From NCBI GenBank assembly GCA_965116905.1, contig OZ220732.1:3136001-3200000 (forward strand): DNA of 64,000 nt, in the 5' to 3' direction. The translations under genes and the position numbers were made by a program. Positions 10,157 through 20,405 of the stretch are shown here, piece after piece (within the stretch, counting starts at the first letter, position 1; every line of letters begins with the position of its first letter). Source of the stretch: Longimicrobiales bacterium (lineage in GTDB: Bacteria; Gemmatimonadota; Gemmatimonadetes; Longimicrobiales; Gaopeijiaceae). The notes beneath the pieces were generated by a model. It was not told the origin of the DNA. It did not search any database and worked only from the letters and a program-made list of their open reading frames with translations.

Positions 10157-11364
10157 TGTCCCCACGCCTTCTTCTCTACGACGACGACATCGCCCGCGGA
10201 TGGCAGCCGTTCGCCGCGACCCGTCCCGTCGGCGAACTCCTGTTCGGCACCATGACGTTGCGCGCACGCGCGGAGACGCGGTTGGGGCTCGTGTGCGGAG
10301 CCCACGTCGCCGGCGAGTCGCTGCGTCACTTCGAGGAGCCCGGCGCACCGCCGTGCACGCGCCCCGAAGCCATCGAGCGTTCCGGCGACCGGGTCTGCCT
10401 GTCGAGCCGGTTCGTCCCCGACGAGCCAATCGCGCTGGACTTCGAGGAGGCGACCGTCCTTCTCGGCGAGACGGGCCCGGTCGGCGCATGGCTGCCCGAC
10501 GGCGAACGCTTCCCGCTCGGGGCGCCGGCCGGCCGCTGGCCGCGTTGGCCGCGTTGGCCGGTCAAGGGCTCGGTACTCGGCTCACCGTGGGAGTTGATGG
10601 CGGCCAACGCCCGGTGCGTCGCCGCCGACGCATCCCGTTTCCCGGAGCACGGGGTCCCGGCGGGGGTGCATCGGCTCGGCACCGGGCGCGTCTCGGTCTC
10701 TCCCGAATCGGAGATCGACCCGGGCGTGATCCTGGACGCGACCGCCGGGCCGATCATCGTGGACTCGGGCGCGCGTGTGCAGGCACCGTGCCGAATCGTC
10801 GGACCCGCATACCTGGGGATCGGTTCGCTGTTGCCGGGAGGGGTCGTCGCGCATTCAAGCATAGGACCCGCCTGCACAGCTCACGGCGAGATTCGGGCCA
10901 CCGTCATGCTGGGTTTCTCCAACAAGGCGCACGAAGGATACCTGGGCCATTCGATCGTGGGACGGTGGGTGAATCTGGGGGCGATGACCACCAATTCCGA
11001 CCTCAAGAACACCTACAGCCCGGTCAGGGCCGGTGCCGGGAGACATGCCGTCGACACCGGATTGACTAAAGCGGGGTGTCTGGTAGGCGACCACGTCCGC
11101 ACCGGGATCGGCACGCTCATCAATACCGGAACGCTCATCGGAGCGGGGACCAGCATGTCGGGAGGCGGCGTGGTGTCCGGCGCGATTCCACCTTTCTCCT
11201 GGGGTGCCGCGGGCACATGGACGGAGCATGACATCGAGCGCTTCATCGGCACCGCCGAGAGGGTCATGGCCCGCAGGCGGGTCGCGCTGACCGCGGGCCT
11301 GCGCAAACACTACCGCACGGTATTCGCGGCCACCGCCCCGTCGCGACCCGAGCGGGGGCGCTGA
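10153..11364 (+). CDS. Putative sugar nucleotidyltransferase, GlmU-related, with left-handed beta-helix
   Basis: PFAATRPVGELLFG N-terminus; NKAHEGYLGHS..G.WVNLGAMTTNSDLKN hexapeptide region. Confidence 0.85.
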   Translation: MMSPRLLLYDDDIARGWQPFAATRPVGELLFGTMTLRARAETRLGLVCGAHVAGESLRHFEEPGAPPCTRPEAIERSGDRVCLSSRFVPDEPIALDFEEATVLLGETGPVGAWLPDGERFPLGAPAGRWPRWPRWPVKGSVLGSPWELMAANARCVAADASRFPEHGVPAGVHRLGTGRVSVSPESEIDPGVILDATAGPIIVDSGARVQAPCRIVGPAYLGIGSLLPGGVVAHSSIGPACTAHGEIRATVMLGFSNKAHEGYLGHSIVGRWVNLGAMTTNSDLKNTYSPVRAGAGRHAVDTGLTKAGCLVGDHVRTGIGTLINTGTLIGAGTSMSGGGVVSGAIPPFSWGAAGTWTEHDIERFIGTAERVMARRRVALTAGLRKHYRTVFAATAPSRPERGR

Positions 11365-11368
11365 CGGC

Positions 11369-12190
11369 GTGTGGTTCTCCGTTCTGGGAAGCGGAAGCCG
11401 GGGCAACTCGGTACTCGTGGGCGCCGGCGACACGCGCGTTCTCGTCGACGCGGGCTTCAGTGGACGTGAGCTGGCCCACCGGCTCGGAAAGGTCGGTGTG
11501 GAACCGGGCGCCATCTCCGCCATCGTATTGACGCACGAGCATGGCGATCACACCCGGGGCGCCGGCGTCTTTGCACGCAGACACGGCACACCGCTCCTGA
11601 TGACCGAAGGTACGCGCCTCGCGTGCCGAAAGCTGTTTCGCGGAGACGAGGCGATCCGGAGCTACCGCGCCGGGTTTGCGGTCGACATCGACCGGCTGAG
11701 GATCGATCCCTTCATCACGGTCCACGATGCCGCCGATCCCGTAGCGGTTGCGGTAACCGACTGCGCGACCGGACTGCGCCTCGGCATCGCCACCGACCTG
11801 GGGAAGCCCACCGTGCAGATTCGGCATGCCCTGCGAGGATGCGACGCCCTGATCGTGGAATCCAACCATGACGAGGGAATGCTCTGGTCCGCCGGATACC
11901 CGCCCGCGGTCAAGGCGAGGATCGCATCCAGCCACGGTCACCTTTCCAATCGGGCCGCTGCCGACTTCCTGGCGGAGACCTTCGATCCCCGCCTGTCCGT
12001 GGTGGTGCTCGCCCACCTGTCCGAGGAGTCGAATACGCCCCGGATGGCAAGGGCGGCCGCGGCCCGCGCGCTGGCGGGACGGGGCTTCAAGGGCCTGGTC
12101 GAAGTCGCCCTGCCCGACCGGCCGACCCCGGTGTTCGACCTTGCGGAACTGCGGGAGCGCGTCGGGCCGCGCCAGCTTTCGCTCTTCTGA
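11369..12190 (+). CDS. MBL-fold metallo-hydrolase (YycJ/WalJ-like)
   Basis: LGSGSRGN, THEHGDH, HDA, ESNHD, GHLSN, AHLS. Confidence 0.9.
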   Translation: MWFSVLGSGSRGNSVLVGAGDTRVLVDAGFSGRELAHRLGKVGVEPGAISAIVLTHEHGDHTRGAGVFARRHGTPLLMTEGTRLACRKLFRGDEAIRSYRAGFAVDIDRLRIDPFITVHDAADPVAVAVTDCATGLRLGIATDLGKPTVQIRHALRGCDALIVESNHDEGMLWSAGYPPAVKARIASSHGHLSNRAAADFLAETFDPRLSVVVLAHLSEESNTPRMARAAAARALAGRGFKGLVEVALPDRPTPVFDLAELRERVGPRQLSLF

Positions 12191-12217
12191 CCGTCCCCGG
12201 GAGGTGTCGCCGGCCTG

Positions 12218-13564
12218 CTAAAGCCCGAAGAAGCGGAGGAGGTCGTTGCCCAGCGCCCACACCATGATCCCGACGATCACGTAGAACCCGATCTGCCCCC
12301 AGCGCAACCGCTGCTTGACCCCCAGCTTCTCTCCGCGCACGAACTCGATGCCGAGGAAGACCATGTGACCGCCGTCGAGGGGCGGAATGGGCAGCATGTT
12401 GAGGATGGCGAGATTGATGCTGAAGAACGCCATGAAACCCAGAAAGGTGCTGAGTCCCCCGGCGGCGGCCGCCCCGGAAAACACCCAGATCGTGCCGATG
12501 GAGCCCACCGACCTCGGCGACTCGTTGAGCGTCACCAGGTCGCGCAGGAAGCGGAGGATCGCGAGGGTGACTTCCGTCGTGCGCGCCGCGCCGAACGAGA
12601 TGGCCTCTCCCAGGCCCATGGAAACGGTGCGAAGCGGAGGCGGCGTTTGCAGGACCCCCAGCATGCCGCGCCGCTCTCCGGCCCGCTCGCCCTCGACATC
12701 ATCGAGGACCACGATGCGGGTCAGATTCACATCGTCCCGCAACAGCCCGATCTCCACGCGCTCCCCCGGACGCGCGCCGAGTTCCCTCGTCATTTCCGCC
12801 CAACTGTCGACCGGCACGCCCGCTACATGGGTGACCCGGTCACCCTGTTCGATCGCGGCGCCCGCCGCAGGTGTTCCCGCCTGGACATTCCCGACCACCG
12901 GGTCGCTCCAGTACTGCAGCGATCCGGCGAGCGCGCGCCGCTCTTCCGCGTCCGCCGGCACGATCACGTCGAAGGTGCCCCTCGGGGATTCGGTGACCAC
13001 GGTGAGCGGACCCGGCGCACTCTCCACGAAGGCCCGCTGGATTTCGTTCCATGAACCGGGGCGGGACCCTCCGATGCTCGTGATCTCGGCCCCCGGGACG
13101 ATCCCTGCCAACGCCTCGGCCCCGGCCGGAAGCGTGCCTTCATTCACGGCCATGACCCGCGTGACGGCCGTCTCCTGGCGCCCCCAGGCGGCCGCCACCA
13201 GCGCGTACAGGAAGAAGGCGAAGAGCATGTTCATGATCACGCCTGCCGAGATCACGACGGCACGCGCCCAGACCGGCCGGCCGTCGAAGTCGCCGGGGCC
13301 CGGCTTTCTCCGGGGGTTGGCTTTGCCGCCCTCCAGGTGCTCCAGGACCTCGTCCTCCATCCCCTGCATCTTGACGTACCCGCCAAGCGGGATGGCCGAG
13401 AGCACGTACTCCGTGTCTCCCCTGTGAAATCCCCAAACGCGCGGACCGAGGCCGATCGAAAAACGCTGAACCGCGACGCCTACCGACTTCGCGGCCCAGA
13501 AATGGCCCAGCTCGTGCACGAAGATCAGCACGCCGAGCAGCACCACAACGGCCAGCAGCGTCAT
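12218..13564 (-). CDS. rseP: RIP metalloprotease RseP
   Basis: HELGH, FSIGLGP, PDZ region, NMLPIPPLDGG. Confidence 0.96.
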   Translation of the reverse strand: MTLLAVVVLLGVLIFVHELGHFWAAKSVGVAVQRFSIGLGPRVWGFHRGDTEYVLSAIPLGGYVKMQGMEDEVLEHLEGGKANPRRKPGPGDFDGRPVWARAVVISAGVIMNMLFAFFLYALVAAAWGRQETAVTRVMAVNEGTLPAGAEALAGIVPGAEITSIGGSRPGSWNEIQRAFVESAPGPLTVVTESPRGTFDVIVPADAEERRALAGSLQYWSDPVVGNVQAGTPAAGAAIEQGDRVTHVAGVPVDSWAEMTRELGARPGERVEIGLLRDDVNLTRIVVLDDVEGERAGERRGMLGVLQTPPPLRTVSMGLGEAISFGAARTTEVTLAILRFLRDLVTLNESPRSVGSIGTIWVFSGAAAAGGLSTFLGFMAFFSINLAILNMLPIPPLDGGHMVFLGIEFVRGEKLGVKQRLRWGQIGFYVIVGIMVWALGNDLLRFFGL

Positions 13565-14718
13565 GCGCGAATCATCCTTTCCACTTCGGCGGCCGCCCGG
13601 CTGCGCGCAGCCCGGTCCACCGCGAGCACCTCGTCAAGCGTCGCCACCGCTGTCCCTTCCAGTGCCTCCAGCGCGGCCTCGACGACAATCGCAATACCGG
13701 TGAAGGTAACCATTCCCTTCAGAAAAGCCTCAACGGCCACCTCGTTCGCCGCGTTGAACACGGCGGGAGCGGCACCACCGGCGCGACCCGCATCGACGCC
13801 CAGCCGGAAGAGTGGAAACCGCGCCTCGTCCACGGGCTCGAAGACCAGCGGCGACGCGGTGCACGGATCGAAGCTGCGAAGTGCCGGATCCGGCGGCCGC
13901 CGCGGCCACGTCAGCGCGTGCAGCACCGGAAGCTCCATGGTGGGATTCCCCATCTGCGAGAGCACCGATCCATCGACGAACTCAACGAACGAGTGGACGA
14001 TCGAGGTCGGATGCACGACCACGTCGATGCGGTCATAGGGGAGGCCGTAGAGAAAGTGCGCCTCGATTACCTCGAGCGCCTTGTTCGCGAGCGTGGCGGA
14101 GTCGATCGTGATCTTGGCACCCATGTCCCAGGTCGGGTGCTGCAGGGCCATCGCCGCGTCGGCCCGCTCCAGCTCCTCCGCGGACATCCGGCGAAACGGC
14201 CCTCCGCTCGCCGTCAGGATGAGCCGTTGAATCTCGTCCGGGCGGGCCGAGCCGACGCATTGCAGGATGGCGGAATGCTCGCTGTCCACCGGAATCAGTT
14301 CGCCCCCGCCCCGCTCGGCGGCGCGCAGCACCAGCTCACCCGCCGCCACGAGCGACTCCTTGTTGGCGAGGGCACAGCGCTTCCCGGCTTCCAGGGTGGC
14401 GAGAGTGGGACGCAGCCCCGCGGCGCCGACGACCGCGTTGACCACGATGTCGACCCCGTCGAGGCGGGCGAGCTCCACGACGTGCTCGGCGCCGCCGAGC
14501 CAACCCGCCGCAACAAGATCCGGACGCTGCTCCAGGGCCCTCGGATCGGCGAGCGCCACGTGCCGCGCCCCGAATTCGGCCGCCAGCCCCTCCAACGCGG
14601 CGACCGATCGCTGCGCGGACAGCGCCACCACGCTGAACAGTCCCGGATGGCGTCGGATCACCGAGAACGTCGAGCGGCCCACGGACCCCGTGGCCCCCAG
14701 TACGGCGATGCGCTTCAC
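13561..14718 (-). CDS. dxr: 1-deoxy-D-xylulose-5-phosphate reductoisomerase
   Basis: LGATGSVG, LANKES, PVDSEH, LTASGGPF, HPTWDMGAKITIDSAT, NAANE. Confidence 0.97.
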   Translation of the reverse strand: MKRIAVLGATGSVGRSTFSVIRRHPGLFSVVALSAQRSVAALEGLAAEFGARHVALADPRALEQRPDLVAAGWLGGAEHVVELARLDGVDIVVNAVVGAAGLRPTLATLEAGKRCALANKESLVAAGELVLRAAERGGGELIPVDSEHSAILQCVGSARPDEIQRLILTASGGPFRRMSAEELERADAAMALQHPTWDMGAKITIDSATLANKALEVIEAHFLYGLPYDRIDVVVHPTSIVHSFVEFVDGSVLSQMGNPTMELPVLHALTWPRRPPDPALRSFDPCTASPLVFEPVDEARFPLFRLGVDAGRAGGAAPAVFNAANEVAVEAFLKGMVTFTGIAIVVEAALEALEGTAVATLDEVLAVDRAARSRAAAEVERMIRA

Positions 14719-14721
14719 GAA

Positions 14722-14816
14722 CCCGTCACCCGGCTTGCCCCCGTCACCCGGCTTGCCCCGGTCACCCGGCTTGCCCCGGTCACCCGGCGTGCCCCGTCAC
14801 CCGGCGTGCCCCGTCA
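14722..14816. repeat. Tandem repeat, 17-18 bp unit (ccgtcacccggc[t/g]tgcc[c]), 5 copies plus partial
   Basis: Core gtcacccggc at 14725, 14743, 14761, 14779, 14796; partial at 14813. Confidence 0.95.
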
Positions 14817-15672
14817 GCAGGAGCAGAACGTACGCCAGCGGCAGGCTGAAAAAGAGCGCGTCGAACCGGTCGAGCACGCCTCCATGCCCGGGCAGCAGCC
14901 CGCTCGAGTCCTTGACTCCTGCCTCACGCTTGAGCAGGGACTCGGCAAGGTCGCCCAGTTGGCCCCCGACGCCCAGAACGAGACCGACCAGGGCCCCCGC
15001 AACCGGCGACACCGGGAATGTGGCGAGGTCGCGCATGACGAGCCCGGCCAGACTTCCGACCGCCACGGCCGCGATGAGCCCGGCCACACCGCCCTCCACC
15101 GTCTTCCCGGGGCTGACCCGCGGCGCCATCCTGGTGCGGCCGAAGCGCTTGCCCGCGAAGTAGGCGGCGGTATCCGAGGCCCAGATCACGAGGAGCGGAA
15201 ACAACACCAGCAGCCGCCCCTCGAGCGGGTCGTGGGCACCCGTACCCACGGCATCCGGGAGATGCCGCAGCAGTACCGCGAAGGCGAGCGTCCCGCCCGC
15301 GTAGAGCACACCCGCGACCGTCGCCGTTATGGAGAAGAGGGGCGCGCCGCCGGTGCCGCGCCGCGACACGGCGACCGCCAGGGTCGCCAGCAGCAACGCG
15401 AACAGCAACAACAGCGCGCGGTCCGCCCAGGCCCCGAACGTCGGCTCGTACGCAGCCGCGAGTACAAGGATCGACGCCGCAGGCACGCCGAGCCAGCCGA
15501 CGGGACGCGCGCCCGTGGACGACGCCAGCGCGTAGAACTCCCGGGTCGCCGCTCCGGCCACGACGGCCAGCAGTCCCCCGAAGTACCAGCCACCGGCGTA
15601 AATCGCGAGGAGGGCCACCGGGATGCCGACGAGGGCGACCGCGAATCTGGCCCGGAGTTCGCCCGCGATCAT
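14797..15672 (-). CDS. cdsA: Phosphatidate cytidylyltransferase
   Basis: WASDTAAYFAG, SPGKTVEG, GDLAESLLKREAGVKDS..LLPGHGGVLDRFD. Confidence 0.96.
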   Translation of the reverse strand: MIAGELRARFAVALVGIPVALLAIYAGGWYFGGLLAVVAGAATREFYALASSTGARPVGWLGVPAASILVLAAAYEPTFGAWADRALLLLFALLLATLAVAVSRRGTGGAPLFSITATVAGVLYAGGTLAFAVLLRHLPDAVGTGAHDPLEGRLLVLFPLLVIWASDTAAYFAGKRFGRTRMAPRVSPGKTVEGGVAGLIAAVAVGSLAGLVMRDLATFPVSPVAGALVGLVLGVGGQLGDLAESLLKREAGVKDSSGLLPGHGGVLDRFDALFFSLPLAYVLLLLTGHAG

Positions 15673-15694
15673 GACGCGCGGAGTACCCGGGTGA

Positions 15695-16438
15695 TCATCG
15701 CGCGGTGACCCGTCCGAAACGGCGGTCGCGGCGCTGATAGTCGAGGATGGCGGCAAAGAGGTCTTCCCGCACAAAGTCGGGCCAGAGCACGGAGGCGACG
15801 TGAAACTCGGTGTAGGCCGTCTGCCAGAGCAGGAAGTTGCTGATCCTCATTTCGCCCGAGGTGCGAATGAGGAGGTCCGGATCCGGAAGCCCGCGCGTGA
15901 ACAGCATCCGCTCGACCGTGTCCACGTCGATCGCTTCCGGGTCGAGCCGTCCGCCGCGTACGCGCTCCGCCAGATGACGGGCCGCGCGAGCGATTTCCTC
16001 TCGCCCTCCATACGAGATCATCAGGTTCAGCCGCAGCACGGCCCCATCCCGGGTTGCGTCCTCGATCAGCTCCACAGCCGATCGCGTCGTGGAATCGAGA
16101 CGCGAAACCTCGCCGAGCACCCGGACCTGGACACCGTGGCCGGCAAGCTCCTCGTGCTCGGACTCGGCGTATTCGCAAAGCAGCTGCATGAGCGCGTCGA
16201 TCTCGGACTGTGGCCGCTTCCAGTTCTCGGTGGAAAACGCGAAGAGCGTCAGGATCTCGATGCCCGCTGCACACGCACCCTCGACCGCCTCGCGCACCGC
16301 CTTCATTCCCTCCCAGTGTCCCGTGTGCCGGGGCAGTCCGCGTTGGCGGGCCCAGCGGCCATTGCCGTCCATGATGACCGCCACGTGGCGCGGCACACGC
16401 CCGTTCGCCCGGATCAGGGACAGCGAGTCAGCCGCCAT
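15695..16438 (-). CDS. uppS: Undecaprenyl diphosphate synthase
   Basis: HVAVIMDGNGRWA, FSTENWKRP, YGGR, IRTSGEMRISNFLLWQ. Confidence 0.97.
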   Translation of the reverse strand: MAADSLSLIRANGRVPRHVAVIMDGNGRWARQRGLPRHTGHWEGMKAVREAVEGACAAGIEILTLFAFSTENWKRPQSEIDALMQLLCEYAESEHEELAGHGVQVRVLGEVSRLDSTTRSAVELIEDATRDGAVLRLNLMISYGGREEIARAARHLAERVRGGRLDPEAIDVDTVERMLFTRGLPDPDLLIRTSGEMRISNFLLWQTAYTEFHVASVLWPDFVREDLFAAILDYQRRDRRFGRVTAR

Positions 16439-16474
16439 GGACAGGTTGCAGCGGGAGTGCGCTCGTCGAGTGCC

Positions 16475-17026
16475 TCAGATCGCCATCACCTCCTTCTCCT
16501 TGACGGAAAGAAGGTGATCGATCTTGCCGACGTAATCATCCGTGAGCTTCTGCACTTCGGCCATGGTGCGGCGCCCTTCGTCCTCGCCCACCTCGTTCGC
16601 ACGCAATCGCGCCTTTACGCGTTCGTTCGCCGCCTGCCTCGCGCGCCGTATCGACACGCGGCCTTCCTCCGCCATCTTGTGCAGAATCCTCACGTACTGC
16701 TTGCGGCGCTCCTCGCTGAGGGGCGGGATCGGCACCCGGATGATGCTGCCGTCGTTGGAGGGGTTGAGTCCCAGCCCGGCGGTGAGCACGGCCTTTTCGA
16801 TCGGCCCGATCAGGGAGGGGTCAAACGGCTGCACCACCAGCAGGGAGGGGTCCGGCGCGCTCACCGTCGACACCTGGTTCAGCGGCATCCGGCTGCCATA
16901 TGCCTCCACCCGCACCGAGTCGAGGATGGACGGGACGGCCTTGCCGGTGCGCACCGTCTCGAATTCGCGGTGGATCGCCGCCACGGCAGCATCCATTCTG
17001 CTTTTCGCTTCGTCCACCAGTGCCAC
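16475..17026 (-). CDS. frr: Ribosome recycling factor
   Basis: VRTGKA, YGSRMPLNQV, LGLNPSNDG, PPLSEERR. Confidence 0.97.
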   Translation of the reverse strand: MALVDEAKSRMDAAVAAIHREFETVRTGKAVPSILDSVRVEAYGSRMPLNQVSTVSAPDPSLLVVQPFDPSLIGPIEKAVLTAGLGLNPSNDGSIIRVPIPPLSEERRKQYVRILHKMAEEGRVSIRRARQAANERVKARLRANEVGEDEGRRTMAEVQKLTDDYVGKIDHLLSVKEKEVMAI

Positions 17027-17068
17027 GCCGTGCTCCCTTCCCAGGCGGTCCGACAATGATTCCGTGAA

Positions 17069-17791
17069 CTAAGATACCAGCGTTCCCACCCGCCTACCCT
17101 GTATCGCCCTGCGAACCGCTCCGTGGTCGTCGAGGTTGAGCACGATGATGGGGAGGTCGTTCTCACGGCAGAGGGACACCGCCGCCGCGTCCATGACCCG
17201 CAGATCACGCCTGACGACCTCGTGGTAGGAAATATCCGGGATGAACTCGGCCGCCGGGTCGCGGGCGGGATCCGCGCTGTAGACGCCCTCGACCTTGGTG
17301 GCCTTGATGACCACGTCCGCATCCATCTCGATCGCCCGCAGGACCGCAGCCGTGTCCGTGGAGAAGTAGGGATTCCCCGTACCCCCGGCGAAGATCACGA
17401 TCCGTCCCTTCTCCATGTGGCGAAGGGCCCTGCGCCGAATGTACGGCTCCGCCAGTTGCGGCATCCGGATCGCCGTCATGACGCGGGTTTCGATCGCCTT
17501 CTTCTCAAGGAGGTCCTGCACCGCCAGCGCGTTCATGATCGTGGCGAGCATCCCCATATAGTCGGCGGATACCCGGTCCATTCCACGCTGACTGGCGATT
17601 GCGCCGCGCACGATGTTGCCGCCCCCGATGACGAGCCCGAGCGATACGCCGAGATCGTGGATCGCACTGATCTCGTCGGTAATGCCCTCTACGATCTTCG
17701 GATCGATGCCGAAGCCGCGCGACCCGGCGAGAGCCTCGCCGGAGAGCTTAAGGAGTACGCGGCCGTAGCCCGAACTCCTCTGGTCGCTCAC
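17069..17791 (-). CDS. pyrH: UMP kinase
   Basis: [40 protein letters not shown]. Confidence 0.97.
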   Translation of the reverse strand: MSDQRSSGYGRVLLKLSGEALAGSRGFGIDPKIVEGITDEISAIHDLGVSLGLVIGGGNIVRGAIASQRGMDRVSADYMGMLATIMNALAVQDLLEKKAIETRVMTAIRMPQLAEPYIRRRALRHMEKGRIVIFAGGTGNPYFSTDTAAVLRAIEMDADVVIKATKVEGVYSADPARDPAAEFIPDISYHEVVRRDLRVMDAAAVSLCRENDLPIIVLNLDDHGAVRRAIQGRRVGTLVS

Positions 17792-17863
17792 GCCGTGGTT
17801 TCCGGCCGTTGCGCGTGCCGGAAGCCCGGCCCGCACGCGGTCCCCGACGCCCGCACCGAACCC

Positions 17864-18457
17864 CTATCCTCCGATCCTGAAGCGTGCAAAGCGGGCGACC
17901 CTGACCTTCTCTCCGGTTTTCGCGGACGTCTCGGTGATCAGATCGCCGACGCTCTTGTCCGGATCCTTCACGAAGGCCTGTTCCAGGAGAACGCTCTGCT
18001 TGTAGAACTTGGCCATCTTGCCCTCTACGATTCGGTCGCGAATGTGTTCGGGCTTGCCTTCATGGGCAACCTGATCGGCAAAGACCTTCCGCTCCCGCTC
18101 CACGACTGCGGAATCGACGTCTTCGATCCCCACCGCCAATGGATCCGAGGCCGCGACATGCATCGCGATGTCACGCGCGAGCGCTCCGAATTCATCCGTG
18201 TTGGCCACGAAATCGGTCTCGCAGTTGAGCTCCACCAGAACGCCGATGCGGCCGCCGTGGTGAATGTAGCTGGCCACAACTCCTTCATTGACCGCGCGGT
18301 CGGCCCTCCTGGCCGCCTTGGCCTCCCCCTTGCTCCGCAACAGATCGATGGCGGCCTCGATATCGCCACCGGTCTCCTGCAGCGCGCGCTTGCAATCCAT
18401 CATCCCCGCGCCGGTCCGGTCGCGGAGTTCCTTTACCAGTTTCGCACCAATCGTCAT
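17864..18457 (-). CDS. tsf: Elongation factor Ts (short ~197-aa form)
   Basis: VKELRDRTGAGMMDCKRAL, ELNCETDFVA, IAMHVAA. Confidence 0.97.
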   Translation of the reverse strand: MTIGAKLVKELRDRTGAGMMDCKRALQETGGDIEAAIDLLRSKGEAKAARRADRAVNEGVVASYIHHGGRIGVLVELNCETDFVANTDEFGALARDIAMHVAASDPLAVGIEDVDSAVVERERKVFADQVAHEGKPEHIRDRIVEGKMAKFYKQSVLLEQAFVKDPDKSVGDLITETSAKTGEKVRVARFARFRIGG

Positions 18458-18515
18458 TTCCGGGTCTTCCTGGGTCGCACCCGGGCACATGCGGCCCCCG
18501 GCGCCTGTGAGAACC

Positions 18516-19415
18516 TCAGCCGCTCTCGTCCCCGGCAGGACCGGATTTCGAGCCCGTCTCACCGTCGCCGGACTTTCGCACCTGCGCGATGGCCTCCGGG
18601 CGCGGGCGGCGTCTGCGAGGCCGGCGCCTGACTTCCCTCACGTCCGCGGACTTCTCACCGGTCTCGGTCGAATAGGTGGTCGCTTCGAGCTCCGCCTGCC
18701 GCCGCAGCTGTTCGTCCGGCACCTCCCGCCGCGCCGTTTCGATCGCATCGGCGATCTGTCCGGCGATCAGGCTCACGGAGCGGATCGCGTCGTCGTTTCC
18801 GGGGATGGGGTAGTCGATGAGCTCGGGGTCGACGTTGGTGTCCGCGATGGAGATCACCGGGATCCCGAGGCGATGGGCCTCGCGCACACCGATGATCTCG
18901 CGCTTCGCGTCCACGACGAAAACGGCGCCGGGCAGGCGCACCATGTCGCGCACGCCTATGAAGTACTTCTCGAGCTTGGCCCGTTCCCGCTCGAGCAGCA
19001 GGCGCTCCTTCTTGGTATAGAATTCGAACGCGTTCTCTTCCTGGCCCCGTTCCAGTTCCTTCATTCGCCGAATCTGGCGGCGGATCGTCTGGAAGTTGGT
19101 CAGCATGCCCCCGAGCCAGCGTTCGGTGACGTACAGCGCACCGCAGCGGTTGGCTTCCTCCTCGATAATCTGCCGCAGCTGGCGCTTGGTCGAGAGGAAC
19201 AGGACCTTCTGTCCCTTGAGCACCACCCGGCGCACGGCATCCGTAGCCTCCGTCAGGCGGTCCAGCGTCTTGCGCAGATCGATGATGTGGATCCCGTTGC
19301 GCTCTCCGAAGATGAAGGGACGCATCTTGGGGTTCCAGCGCCTGGTCTGGTGGCCGAAATGGACACCGGCGTCGAGCAGATCGGTCAGTCCTACCGGGTT
19401 CGGAGCAGGGTTCAT
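18516..19415 (-). CDS. rpsB: 30S ribosomal protein S2
   Basis: [34 protein letters not shown]. Confidence 0.98.
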   Translation of the reverse strand: MNPAPNPVGLTDLLDAGVHFGHQTRRWNPKMRPFIFGERNGIHIIDLRKTLDRLTEATDAVRRVVLKGQKVLFLSTKRQLRQIIEEEANRCGALYVTERWLGGMLTNFQTIRRQIRRMKELERGQEENAFEFYTKKERLLLERERAKLEKYFIGVRDMVRLPGAVFVVDAKREIIGVREAHRLGIPVISIADTNVDPELIDYPIPGNDDAIRSVSLIAGQIADAIETARREVPDEQLRRQAELEATTYSTETGEKSADVREVRRRPRRRRPRPEAIAQVRKSGDGETGSKSGPAGDESG

Positions 19416-19428
19416 TCGAGTGCGCCGC

Positions 19429-19824
19429 CTATCGCTTGCTGAACTGGAAGCGCTTGCGGGCCTTGGGCCGGCCCGGCTTTTTGCGCTCGACCTTACGTGC
19501 GTCCCGGGTCAGCAGGCCACTTTCCCGCATGCTGGACCGGACCTCTTCGTCCTGGGCGACCAGGGCCCGCGCGACACCCAGACGGATCGCGTCGGCCTGG
19601 CCGGTGAGCCCGCCGCCCCGCACTCGCACATTCACGTCGAGGCTTCCCTCCGAGCCGGCCACGCGGAGCGGGTCCTCGATCCGCATCCGGTGCGCAGGTC
19701 TCGGGAAATAATCTTCGAGCTCACGGCCGTTGATCGACCAAAGTCCCCGCCCCGGGCGGAGAATCACGCGGGCGACACTGGTCTTTCTGCGTCCGACCGC
19801 TTGTATCGGCTGGTTGCTGGCCAT
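19429..19824 (-). CDS. rpsI: 30S ribosomal protein S9
   Basis: [37 protein letters not shown]. Confidence 0.98.
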   Translation of the reverse strand: MASNQPIQAVGRRKTSVARVILRPGRGLWSINGRELEDYFPRPAHRMRIEDPLRVAGSEGSLDVNVRVRGGGLTGQADAIRLGVARALVAQDEEVRSSMRESGLLTRDARKVERKKPGRPKARKRFQFSKR

Positions 19825-19841
19825 TGCGACTCCGTAGGAGA

Positions 19842-20273
19842 TCAGATTTCCAGGGGCCTGGGGCTCTGGCCCTGATGTGGATGCTGCGCGTCCGGGTAGA
19901 CCCGGAGTTTCCGGCGCATGGCCCGCCCCAGCCTGGTCTTCGGGAGCATGCCGCGAACCGCGAGTTCGATGACTCGATCGGGGAACCTCTCGATCATCCT
20001 GGAAAACGGTATGTGCTTGTCCCCGCCCATGTAGCCGGAGTGGCGAAAATAGGTCTTCTGCTCCGCCTTGCGGCCTGTAAGCAACACCCGCGCGGCGTTG
20101 ATGACGATGACGTGATCGCCGGTGTCCAGATGAGGCGTGTATATGGGCTTGTGCTTGCCCCGCAGGATCCGCGCCACCTCGGTAGCCAGGCGCCCCAGGG
20201 GTTTGCCCTCCGCATCGACGACCCACCAGGTCCGGTGGATGTCTTCCTTTTTGGGGGTGATGGTCTTCGTCAC
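19842..20273 (-). CDS. rplM: 50S ribosomal protein L13
   Basis: [32 protein letters not shown]. Confidence 0.98.
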   Translation of the reverse strand: MTKTITPKKEDIHRTWWVVDAEGKPLGRLATEVARILRGKHKPIYTPHLDTGDHVIVINAARVLLTGRKAEQKTYFRHSGYMGGDKHIPFSRMIERFPDRVIELAVRGMLPKTRLGRAMRRKLRVYPDAQHPHQGQSPRPLEI

Positions 20274-20352
20274 GGTTCCCGTTCCAGCAACACGAAGCCG
20301 CCCCCCAAACGCTCGGGCGGGGCGCGGCACCCGAAAAAGACAACAGCATGGA

Positions 20353-20381
20353 AAGGTATCCGTGCTGGCGCGACGTGTCAA
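20353..20381 (-). promoter_or_regulatory. sigma70-type promoter of rplM operon
   Basis: TTGACA(20381-20376)-N17-TACCTT(20358-20353). Confidence 0.7.
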
Positions 20382-20405
20382 CGCGCGTTTCGTCCGATGG
20401 TGCGA

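Noticed and set aside
14722..14816. Repeat as a CRISPR array
   Set aside because: Units are contiguous with no spacers, and there are no cas genes in the window
17864..18457. Short tsf as a pseudogene
   Set aside because: Intact ORF; ~200-aa EF-Ts is an established form (e.g. Thermus)
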